From assembly GCA_044222185.1 (NCBI GenBank), contig JBGANV010000002.1, forward strand, positions 672,001 through 736,000: 64,000 nt of DNA. The letters run 5' to 3'. The position numbers and the translations under genes are program-made. The stretch comes from Planctomycetota bacterium. Lineage in GTDB: Bacteria; Planctomycetota; GCA-002687715; CAIWVZ01. A model generated the notes under the pieces. It was not told the origin of the DNA. It did not search any database and saw only the letters and a program-made list of their open reading frames with translations. Shown one piece after another: positions 9,048-20,233 of this stretch (the first letter of the stretch is position 1; the number at the start of each line of letters is the position of its first letter).

Positions 9048-10082
9048 ATGAACCCTCCACGCCAGGTGCTCGGATCTTCATCCCGGCTGCGCCGGGGCAC
9101 GGCCATCGCGCTTTCGCTTCTGTCGTTCGTGGTCGCCGGGTGCTCCACGATCCGGCCGGGAGATCGCGCCGAGCGCTCGGGCGACGAGATCATGGTCTGC
9201 GGCCGCCTCATCCACACGGGCGCCCCCGTGGTGCTGTGGACGGATCCCGGCGGGTACGACGCCTATCGGGTGACCCAGCGGTTCGCGCCGAACGAGACCC
9301 GGCCGTCCAAACCGGAGTCGGGGACCGATACTCCCAACCGCTATGGCGTGCGGCCGGTGGCGGATCTCTCGGCAGACGAGCAGACGTCCGTTCGCGACGA
9401 CGGCTGGGACCTTCCGCAGCTCGAGAAGGTCGTCAAGAAGTTCGTCATCCACTACGACGTCTGCGGGACGTCGCGCCAGTGCTTCAAGATCCTGCAGGAC
9501 GTGCGCGGGCTTTCGGTTCACTTCATGCTCGACGTCGACGGCACGATCTACCAGACGTTGGACTTGAAGGAGCGCGCCCGCCATTCGGGTCCCAGCAACG
9601 ACGACTCCGTCGGTGTGGAGATCGCCCACATCGGCGCCTATTCGCCCGATGACTCGAAGGACCAGGCGGTGCTGCGCAACTGGTACAAGACCGACGACAC
9701 GGGCCGCATGCGCGTGGTGCTCCCGGCGCACCTGGGAAACCCCCACCTGCGCGTGCGCGACTTCGTTCCCAGGCCCTCGCGTGACGAGCCCGTCATCGGA
9801 TCGATCCACGGCCGTCGGTTGATGCAATACGACTTCACCGACGCCCAGTACGAATCGCTCACCAAGCTGGCAGCGACGCTGAGCCGGACGTTCCCGGACC
9901 TGAAGCCCGACGCTCCACGTGACGAGAACGGCGTGGTTCGGACGAACGCGCTCTCGGGCGAGGAGCTGAAGACGTTCGGAGGTTTCGTCGGGCACTATCA
10001 TCTCACGACGAACAAGACGGACCCGGGCCCGGCGTTCGATTGGGAACGGCTGGTTCGTGGAGTGCGTGGAGAGCTCGATTGA
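9048..10082 (+). CDS. N-acetylmuramoyl-L-alanine amidase (Amidase_2 family), probable lipoprotein
   Basis: Motifs VIHYD, SVHFMLDVDGTIYQ, ARH, SVGVEI and GHYHLTTNKTDPG. Lipobox-like VVAGC follows a hydrophobic stretch. Confidence 0.88.
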   Translation: MNPPRQVLGSSSRLRRGTAIALSLLSFVVAGCSTIRPGDRAERSGDEIMVCGRLIHTGAPVVLWTDPGGYDAYRVTQRFAPNETRPSKPESGTDTPNRYGVRPVADLSADEQTSVRDDGWDLPQLEKVVKKFVIHYDVCGTSRQCFKILQDVRGLSVHFMLDVDGTIYQTLDLKERARHSGPSNDDSVGVEIAHIGAYSPDDSKDQAVLRNWYKTDDTGRMRVVLPAHLGNPHLRVRDFVPRPSRDEPVIGSIHGRRLMQYDFTDAQYESLTKLAATLSRTFPDLKPDAPRDENGVVRTNALSGEELKTFGGFVGHYHLTTNKTDPGPAFDWERLVRGVRGELD

Positions 10083-10119
10083 GGACCCGCGCCGAGCGCC
10101 GCCGCTCCGCCTGACAGCC

Positions 10120-10883
10120 ATGGCACTCACGGTCCTCACCTGGAACATCCACAAGGGTTTCGACGCGACGAACCGCGAGTTCGTGCTGCACGAGCTGCGG
10201 AACGCGATCCGCAGCGTCCATGCGGACGTCGTGCTGCTCCAGGAGGTGATCGGTGAGAACTCCTATCACACGCGTCGCGTGGCGAACTGGCCGACGCAGC
10301 CGCAGTTCGAGTTCCTCGCCGACTCCGTGTGGTCGCATTACGCCTATGGCCGCAACGCCGTGTACCCGCGCGGACACCACGGGAACGTCATCCTGAGCAA
10401 GTACCCCATCGTGCGGTGGGACAACCAGAACATCTCCACGAACCGGGTCGAGCACCGCGGTCTCCTTCATTGCGTGATCGAGATCCCGCGGCCCGCGCGC
10501 AAGCTCCACCTCATGTGCGTTCACCTCGGACTGACGCAGCGCGGACGCGACAAGCAGATCGAGACCATTTGCCAGCGGATCGACAAGCTGCTCGATGCGG
10601 ACGAGGCGCTCGTGCTCGGTGGGGACTTCAACGATTGGCGCGATCGCGCGTCCGCGGTGTTGCTCGACCGACACGGGCTCCACGAGGCACACGAGCGAAC
10701 ACACGGACGAAAGGCCCGGACGTTCCCGACGAAATTTCCCCTGCTCTCCGTCGATAGGATCTACTTCCGCGGTCTGGATCTGGACGGCTGTCGCGTCCTT
10801 CGCGACGGAGTATTCCGAGAGCTGTCCGATCACGCGGCGGTCACGGCGAAGTTTCGCTTGCAGACGATGGCAGGCACAAAGGG

Positions 10884-10887
<4 letters not shown>
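10120..10887 (+). CDS. Endonuclease/exonuclease/phosphatase (EEP) family protein, YbhP-like
   Basis: TWNIHKG, LLQEV, HHGNVILS, GGDFNDW, DRIY and LSDH motifs. Start moved to ATG 10120. Confidence 0.9.
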
Positions 10888-13640
<2,753 letters not shown>

Positions 13641-13653
13641 CGCCGAACGCTAC

Positions 13654-14274
13654 TCACCGGGGTGGATGGACGCCGACACCGAGCACCTTGTGGAGCGTGA
13701 TCAGGCACACGGCGACCTTCTCGTAGAAGTTGGTCGCATGACCGATGAGATGGAAGTTCGGGTGGCGGGACCACACCCGTCGCAGTTTCGCGTCCAGTCT
13801 GCAGGCCTCGTCCGGTGATTCGGTCCGCAGGGGATTCCCCGTGGGGTAGCTCGTCCGATCGTGGGCCGTGGACTCGAGGAAGATGACGGCGTCGTAACGG
13901 GCGTACTCTCGGGCGCGGGTCGTGCCGTTGGCGTCGAGGAATGCGTGGAGGCCGCCGGGCCAGTACGCTGCGCCGTCGAGCGAGCCGCGGTCGCAGATCA
14001 GGGGGCGGCCGGGGGAATTCATCGCCGAGAGCTGTTCGAGGTGCCTCTGTAGTTCGAAGATCGCGCGCTGAACGACGCGCTGACCGGCCGGCGACTTCTG
14101 CCTCTGGACTCCGCCCCTGAAGAGCACGGTCGCGGCTTCCGAGACGACGGCGACCTCGTCGGCCAGATGTCGTTGAAGGACGTCGATGATGGCCGTCTTG
14201 CCAGCAGCGGGACCACCGCTGAACACGACTCGCCGTGGTCGTTCGTGGTCGGTCGGTCGCGAGCGCCGTTTCAT
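13654..14274 (-). CDS. P-loop ATPase/kinase, AAA_28 (NadR/Ttd14-like) family
   Basis: VVFSGGPAAGKT, VSEAA, ICDRGSLD, YDAVIFL and NPLRTE. Start ATG 14274, alternative 14310. Confidence 0.8.
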   Translation of the reverse strand: MKRRSRPTDHERPRRVVFSGGPAAGKTAIIDVLQRHLADEVAVVSEAATVLFRGGVQRQKSPAGQRVVQRAIFELQRHLEQLSAMNSPGRPLICDRGSLDGAAYWPGGLHAFLDANGTTRAREYARYDAVIFLESTAHDRTSYPTGNPLRTESPDEACRLDAKLRRVWSRHPNFHLIGHATNFYEKVAVCLITLHKVLGVGVHPPR

Positions 14275-14405
14275 GTTCGATGGCTCCGATCGTCGTGCGT
14301 CGCGCGGCATGCGGCGGGTCGAGCCCGACGGTGGAGCCTCGACCGATCCAGCATGCCGCGTGCACGGCGTCGAATCGTAGCGTGTCAGCGTCGCGCGGGC
14401 GCGGA

Positions 14406-15449
14406 TCAGCCGCCGCGCTTCCGACGGGCCGGGTCACTCTTCTTCGGGTTCAGGTAGCTGCGCCATGCCGATGCGTCGTAGCCGAAGAGCTGGCTCGTGC
14501 ACTGGCGAAGCGCGACGGCGGCGGCCTCGCGCCGCTCTTTCTCGGTGAATTGCTCGAGTACGTCCACGAGAAGTGGGAGCGAGGGGTCGTCATGTACGGC
14601 CCCGATGTAGGTGATCGCCGCGGCGGCGGCCGCCACGTTCCGCGCCTTTGCCGCATCGCGTGCCGCGTCGATGACTTCGTGGATCTGAAGCTGGGCCGCA
14701 GACTCGAAGGCGGCCACGGTGACCGCTGGCAACGGATGCGCGACGGCCTTGCGCAGCGCAGCGGTGATCGCCGGACGGCCCCGGGTCTGGAGGATCTCGA
14801 GCATGGGGCGGATCGTCTGTTCGTTCGCGCGGCCCAGGATCCCGAGCAGTCCGATGGCGACGGCATCCTGCGCTGGGGGAGCCGGAACGGGCTGGGCGGA
14901 GAGAATCTCCTGGGCCTTCATGGCCACCCAGAAGTCCGTGTCGGTGATCCCGTCGATGGCGATGGGAACGGCGCGCGGATTCGTGACGAGGTGCTCGACG
15001 ATGCCGTCGAAGGCCCGCCGGCGCACCGTCGCTGCCGGGTCGCCCGCGGCCTTCCAGAGAACGTCGGCCGACGCGGTCGCGCCGAGCGCAGCAATGGCGG
15101 CGACGGCCGATGCGCGCACCTCCGTGTCGGCGTGCGTGGCGAGGGGAAGGATCGAATCCAGACTCTCCACGCCGTCGAGAGCGACGACGCAATGGAGCGC
15201 CGCGATGCACTCGGCCGGCTGCCGCTTGCCGAGGTCCGCGACCACGAGCGGCGCGACGGATTTTCCGAGCGCGACCACCGCCGTCGTCGTCGTTTCGATC
15301 GTCTGCAGGTTGCCCGTTCGCGCTGCCGCGAACATGGCGTCGATGGCCAGACGCTCCTTCGATGGCTCGGGCGATTGGCCCGATGCCGGCATCGACGAGA
15401 CCGCCGCCACGAGGGCGACGACGGCATGTGAAAACAGACAGGACTTCAT
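14406..15449 (-). CDS. Secreted HEAT/PBS-lyase repeat protein
   Basis: Signal-peptide-like N-terminus. HEAT repeats DTEVRASAVAAIAALG and DPAATVRRRAFDGI. C-terminal ALRQCTSQLFGYDASAW motif typical of such proteins. Confidence 0.8.
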   Translation of the reverse strand: MKSCLFSHAVVALVAAVSSMPASGQSPEPSKERLAIDAMFAAARTGNLQTIETTTTAVVALGKSVAPLVVADLGKRQPAECIAALHCVVALDGVESLDSILPLATHADTEVRASAVAAIAALGATASADVLWKAAGDPAATVRRRAFDGIVEHLVTNPRAVPIAIDGITDTDFWVAMKAQEILSAQPVPAPPAQDAVAIGLLGILGRANEQTIRPMLEILQTRGRPAITAALRKAVAHPLPAVTVAAFESAAQLQIHEVIDAARDAAKARNVAAAAAAITYIGAVHDDPSLPLLVDVLEQFTEKERREAAAVALRQCTSQLFGYDASAWRSYLNPKKSDPARRKRGG

Positions 15450-15472
15450 GATTCTCTCTCTCCGCCTGCGGG

Positions 15473-16690
15473 TCACTGCGCGACCGCGCGATTCCAAGCC
15501 CGGACACGCACCGTGGACGCAAGCACCGGCGAGGGCAGATTCCCGAGCACGGAAGAGCTGAGCCGCACGGCCGCGTACGAGCTGCTGTACAGATTGACCC
15601 AGACGTTCGCCGACGACGGATCGCCGAACGAGACCATCCCGCCGTGAATGAACATGTCGCCCGAAGGGTGCGAGAGGTTGTCGAAGATCAGAAGTCCGCG
15701 GAACGCGCCGTGCACGTAGTTCATCTGGGCGTCGTTGGTGGACGTGTGGTGGACGAGGATCGACGGGCTGGCGTTCAGCGAGGAGCCGAGTTGCACGTTC
15801 GTCCAGCTCTGGAAGTCGGCGTAGATGATCCGGTTTCCGGGGATGACGCCGCCGTTCGCCGCGAGCCAGATGTCGAACTCGGCTTGCGTCGCGAAGTAGG
15901 TTCCAGCCTGGATCGCCGCTTGACGGAGCGTGTCCGCCGGGAGGTGGAGCATCGCGTCGGGCGACGCGGGGTAGTCGTTCGTGTCCTCGTCGACGAGCGT
16001 GTCGCCGTCGTTGTCGATGCCGTCGAATGCCTCTTCATCGACCGCGGCGTCGTTGTCCTCGTTCTGACCGTCGGCCCAGTTCGCGAATTTGTCCATGGAC
16101 GCCGGTTGGGGTGGCTTCGTGGGAACGAGGCCGTTGCCGCCGAACCGGGCATTGCCCCACGGAATGATGTCTGCCTGAGACGAGACGGCGAACGTCCCGC
16201 CGCCAAGCAGGGTCGTGTTCGTCGCGTTCCAGTTTCGTCCGTCGATGAGGATGTTCCCGGCCGCGACGAACGTGCCGCGCGTCGTCACTCCGCTGCGAGG
16301 CGTCATGGAGAGGTGACCGTTCATCATGCGCTCGACGATGGCGTCGACGCCGGCACGCGCTCGTTGAAGGACCGCGACCGAATGGAATCGGTAGAGGTTC
16401 CCGCCGAGGTCCGTTGCCGTGACGGTGACCGTCCTCCCGTCGCCTCCCGTGTAGGTCAGCGTTCCGAGCCCGTCGTTGCCGAGGTCGACTCCGTTCTTCA
16501 TCTCGGCCATGCCGCGGTTGAGGCCTTCCTCGGCGGCGAGGCGGGCCTCCGCCGTCGCGAGTTCTCGCGACGTCACTTCCACGCCGCCGCTGGAGACGGT
16601 GTAGAAGGCGCTGGCGAGTCCGAACAGCACGACCGTGATCAGGATGGCGGAGACGAGGATCGCACCGCGTTCCGAACGGCGAGGTTTCAT
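15473..16690 (-). CDS. PilX-like minor type IV pilin / pseudopilin
   Basis: Class III leader RRSERG|AILVSAILITVVLFG lacking Glu5, as is typical of PilX. Helix ARLAAEEGLNRGM. Ends in VRVRAWNR. Contains an internal Asp-rich repeat. Confidence 0.75.
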   Translation of the reverse strand: MKPRRSERGAILVSAILITVVLFGLASAFYTVSSGGVEVTSRELATAEARLAAEEGLNRGMAEMKNGVDLGNDGLGTLTYTGGDGRTVTVTATDLGGNLYRFHSVAVLQRARAGVDAIVERMMNGHLSMTPRSGVTTRGTFVAAGNILIDGRNWNATNTTLLGGGTFAVSSQADIIPWGNARFGGNGLVPTKPPQPASMDKFANWADGQNEDNDAAVDEEAFDGIDNDGDTLVDEDTNDYPASPDAMLHLPADTLRQAAIQAGTYFATQAEFDIWLAANGGVIPGNRIIYADFQSWTNVQLGSSLNASPSILVHHTSTNDAQMNYVHGAFRGLLIFDNLSHPSGDMFIHGGMVSFGDPSSANVWVNLYSSSYAAVRLSSSVLGNLPSPVLASTVRVRAWNRAVAQ

Positions 16691-17439
16691 TTGTGGGATC
16701 CCGTCGCGTGTTCCGATCGGGGGAGTTTCCGCAGCAGCATCGAAGCCGTCTCGAGGGCTTCATCGCTGAGCGCCGGGTCGAGGACGTCCGTCACGCGTGG
16801 CCGGCGATAGGCGCCAGCGATGTCCGTGCCTGACGGCAGCGCGCACTTGTCGGCGGCCATCATGAAGACTTCGGCGACGCCGGCATCGGGATTCCGCCGC
16901 GTGGACGCCGCGCGTACGGCGGCGGCGGCGCGATCGAATTCGATCCGCGTGAGGCCTTGCTCCTTGACGGCATCGTCGACCTCTCGGCTGGCTGCGCAGT
17001 TGCCCAGGAGGATCGCAGGGTTGACTGAATCGGCGAGCTCGGCGGCCACGATCTGCCACCGGTCGAAGACTTCCACGCGCGTGAGCGGCGGTCGTGATGG
17101 TCTCGGTTCGCTCGATCGGCTCGGCGCCGGATAAGGGAAACCCACCGCGCAGGCGATCAACACCACGGCGCCCATGCTCACGTTGCGCTGCCACCGGCCG
17201 GACGGCATCTTCGCGAGCCAGCGCTGCGTCGAGGTCAGCTCCATCTCGCGCCGGGTCGTCGCGCGGGCGAACGAACGCGTCGTCATCCGCTGCTGGGAGC
17301 TCGTCGTCGACCGTCGATCGGCCTCGCTGCCGGGGAGGGCGCTGATCCGCGTCGTCGCCCGCGAGAGCGCGAGCTCCGACGTCCGTGAGAGCGGACGTTG
17401 GGCGGTTTGCGGCCGCTGCTGCGTGCGCGGGCGGTTCAG
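16687..17439 (-). CDS. Hypothetical bitopic membrane protein with an Arg/Ser/Thr-rich N-terminus
   Basis: Lies between the pilW-like and pilX-like genes, with an ATGA overlap at 16687-16690. One TM segment (MGAVVLIACAVGF). Start uncertain: CTG 17439 (CTGA overlap) or ATG 17286. Confidence 0.6.
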   Translation of the reverse strand: MNRPRTQQRPQTAQRPLSRTSELALSRATTRISALPGSEADRRSTTSSQQRMTTRSFARATTRREMELTSTQRWLAKMPSGRWQRNVSMGAVVLIACAVGFPYPAPSRSSEPRPSRPPLTRVEVFDRWQIVAAELADSVNPAILLGNCAASREVDDAVKEQGLTRIEFDRAAAAVRAASTRRNPDAGVAEVFMMAADKCALPSGTDIAGAYRRPRVTDVLDPALSDEALETASMLLRKLPRSEHATGSHK

Positions 17440-18650
17440 TTCCGGGTCTTCAGGGTGAAGGATTCGATATGGCTTTGCCATGTGTCGCTGTCCGGGTTCG
17501 GGCGGGCACTGGTACCCAACGTGATGCGGAGGACGCGCGGATCCGTGAGGCCGCGCGGGTTGTCCGTGGACGACCAAGGGCTGGACGCGGCCGTCGAGGC
17601 CGCGAACTCGGTCAGGTGGCGCACGACGAGGCCGGGTGTCCGCTGGAACGTCCGTTGCACGCGCCAGGAGACTCCACTGCTCGCGTAGTACTGCGCGAGG
17701 ACGCTCGTCATCCCCGTCGCGAGGTTGATCTGGAGCGAGAACAGCCGCCAGGGGTAATTGGTGCTGGACCCCAGCGACTTCATGAGGACGATCGACGGCT
17801 GGCCGTTGATCGTTCCCGTGGTGAAGATCTCGGTGGCCGCGTCGCTCTGGGCGCCCGTGCGCGGAACGCTCCCGTCGCGGATGCCGTCCGTCGTTCCGTC
17901 GGTGCCGAAATCGAGCAGCTCGACCATGGTCGGGTCCGTGGGGCTGAACTCGGTCCACGTGCCGCTGACCGTCGCCGGAACGGCGAGGAGGTCGGAGGTG
18001 TAGACGCTGTAGCGACGCAGTTCACAGAGTCCGTCGGAAGAGGCGCACGGGAAGATGAATACCAGGCCCGAAAAACGAGGATCGCCGTTGCCCGTCGTCG
18101 TGAACGCGCCCGCGGCGTTGCGTGGAACGAGCATCTTGATGCCATCGAGACGGGCGGGTTGCGCGAGCGACGTCCCGTCGAGCGGGCAGTGAGCGAGGGC
18201 GCCGGGCCAGATCTTGCCGCGGGCCGTCGGAGTGATCGATGGACCCTGGCGATACTCGAAGCCGCAGTCGTATCGCATCGTGTCCACGTTGAGGTTCGTC
18301 GGCGTGTGGAACTTGCACGTGGGATCGGTGCACTGGGCGAGCTGGATTCCCGGGACCGTGAAGCGATCCGACTCGACGGAGTAGGGCGCCGACCCCGGGT
18401 TGACGTAGTGCACGCGCATCAACGTGTCGACGAAGCCGGCTTTCGATTCGGCGACGTCGTCGAAGACGCGCGTGAGCGCCATGCGAGCGTCTTCCTGCAT
18501 GCCGTTCTCGGCGATGCCGGTCCGGCTGTGGGTGACGCCGCGATCGAGGATCTCCGTCGCCGCGACGAAGCCCACGGAGACGACGACCAGCGCGATGGCG
18601 GACTCGATGAGCGTCAGGCCCGATTCGCTCGAGTGACGGATCCGCTTCAT
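17436..18650 (-). CDS. Prepilin-type N-terminal cleavage/methylation protein (PilW-like)
   Basis: MKRIRHSSESG|LTLIESAIALVVV with Glu5. Ends in FTLKTRN, typical of PilW/GspJ-like proteins. ATGA overlap with the upstream pilin gene. Confidence 0.8.
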   Translation of the reverse strand: MKRIRHSSESGLTLIESAIALVVVSVGFVAATEILDRGVTHSRTGIAENGMQEDARMALTRVFDDVAESKAGFVDTLMRVHYVNPGSAPYSVESDRFTVPGIQLAQCTDPTCKFHTPTNLNVDTMRYDCGFEYRQGPSITPTARGKIWPGALAHCPLDGTSLAQPARLDGIKMLVPRNAAGAFTTTGNGDPRFSGLVFIFPCASSDGLCELRRYSVYTSDLLAVPATVSGTWTEFSPTDPTMVELLDFGTDGTTDGIRDGSVPRTGAQSDAATEIFTTGTINGQPSIVLMKSLGSSTNYPWRLFSLQINLATGMTSVLAQYYASSGVSWRVQRTFQRTPGLVVRHLTEFAASTAASSPWSSTDNPRGLTDPRVLRITLGTSARPNPDSDTWQSHIESFTLKTRN

Positions 18651-19156
18651 GGCTTCACCTCGGTGAGGGTCATGGGGAGCGTGAGTGAACGTGGGCCGCG
18701 CCGGCCCTGCCAGCGGATGGTCACGGTGACGGAGATTCGATCGTGATCGGTCGAATCGAAGGTGACGACGCCTTGGGGGAGGTTCGTGCCGCCGACGTCC
18801 GTCTGCGGCCGAAGCTCTGCGACGGTGAACGTCGCGTTGGACGGCTGCACCCAGTAGTTGATCAGCGAGTCGATGTTGCCGGCGTAATCGTAGGCGACGA
18901 TCGCCTCCATCTTGCTGACGGCAGCCCGCAGGGCGATGGAGCGCTCCTTCAGCTCCTGATCGAGCGACGTGGACGCGACGAGGGTGCCGAGCGCCGAGAC
19001 GGTCGCAACCGTGAGCACGACGAGTGCGAGCGCCGCTTCCACGAGCGTGATGCCCGCCTCGGCCCGGCGAACGCGCGGCGGTTGGCCGGACGATCGTCCG
19101 AAGCACGAGTCATCGCATGAAGCACGGAGTGTGGAGTCGTCAGGGTGGCGCAGCAC
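18647..19156 (-). CDS. Prepilin-type N-terminal cleavage/methylation protein (PilV-like)
   Basis: RRAEAG|ITLVEAALALVVL with Glu5. C-terminal ISVTVTIRW. Probable GTG start at 19156 with GAGG upstream. Confidence 0.78.
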   Translation of the reverse strand: MLRHPDDSTLRASCDDSCFGRSSGQPPRVRRAEAGITLVEAALALVVLTVATVSALGTLVASTSLDQELKERSIALRAAVSKMEAIVAYDYAGNIDSLINYWVQPSNATFTVAELRPQTDVGGTNLPQGVVTFDSTDHDRISVTVTIRWQGRRGPRSLTLPMTLTEVKP

Positions 19157-19455
19157 GGCAAGCCTCGCGAGCGGAGCCCAGGTCGAAAGAGCGCGAGCGC
19201 AACATGACCTGTATCGCACGGAGGATCGGCATGTCTTGAGGTCGATACGACGTGCTTTGCGAGCGGGTCTTTGCTCGGTCGCCGTGCGTGTTTCTCGAGG
19301 GCGTGGCTTCGCCGCGGGTCGGGAAAAACTGTCGAACCGTCGGTCTTTCGAACCGCTGCGGAGGGGACGCCGAGTCGACGCGTTCTCCGGCAGAGGGGAG
19401 CGCCGAGCGTGCACCCGAGCGGAGAGCCTGAGCCCGAACCCGGGGCGACACGAAC

Positions 19456-20233
19456 ATGGCCCACATCACGCAGCGTGCAGGCACGATCACGACCACCGAG
19501 GAGTCGTTCGCCGGGGTGAGGGACGCCCGCGCGCGAACTCGTGCGCGGGAGCGCCGTTCGCATGGACCCACCAGGGTTCGACCACGGCGTCCTCAGCGCT
19601 CGCGTCGCGGCACGCCTCGGTTCATTCCTGCGATCGGCGCCCCATTTGGGAGTCGTCACCGTCGAGGCCGGTTTCGTGCTCGCACGCTGCCCGGACACCG
19701 GGCGCAGCCGTGACGTTGCCTTCGTCCGCGGCGCGAGACTCGGCGGCGAGCGTCCTGCCGGCCAGGTCGAAGGCGTTCCCGATCCCGCCATCGCGGTTCT
19801 CTCGCCCGGCAACGCTCCCGAGGTCATGGTCGCGGAAGTCGCGGGGTACCTTGCCGCAGGCGCCACCGACGTCTGTGTGATCGATCCGGAAACGTGCACG
19901 ATCGCGACCCATCGCTCCGATCGGAGCGTTCGCGTCCGTGGTCGGACCGACGTCGTCCGCTGCGACGCCGTGCTTGCGGGATTCGAGTTCCGCCTCGACG
20001 CCGTCGTTCCCCCGCTTTCTCCGGCAACACGCCCCGGGTCCAAGCCATCGCCCTCTCGCCGTGCGCCTCCAACGGGGTCGTCGCCATCTCGGACGGGCCC
20101 GACGTCGCCTTCTGATCGCCCGTCCGGCACGCCTGCGCGGCGCTCGTCGGCGGATATCTATTTCGCCGAGCCCGGCGGTGGCAGCTCGGCCTCCACGCGT
20201 CGCGCGTCGGCCGGCCGATTCGCCGCGGTGTAG
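19456..20233 (+). pseudogene. Uma2-family (DUF820) PD-(D/E)XK endonuclease, frameshifted and degenerate
   Basis: The N-terminus MAHITQRAGTITTTEE is in one frame. ELVRG...MDPPGFDHG...DVAF...PDPAIAVLSP...YLAAG...IDP is in the +1 frame, with the switch at a (CG)4 run (19528-19535). Catalytic PD is now RD and the conserved E is now A. The reading frame runs into the convergent kinase gene. Confidence 0.7.
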
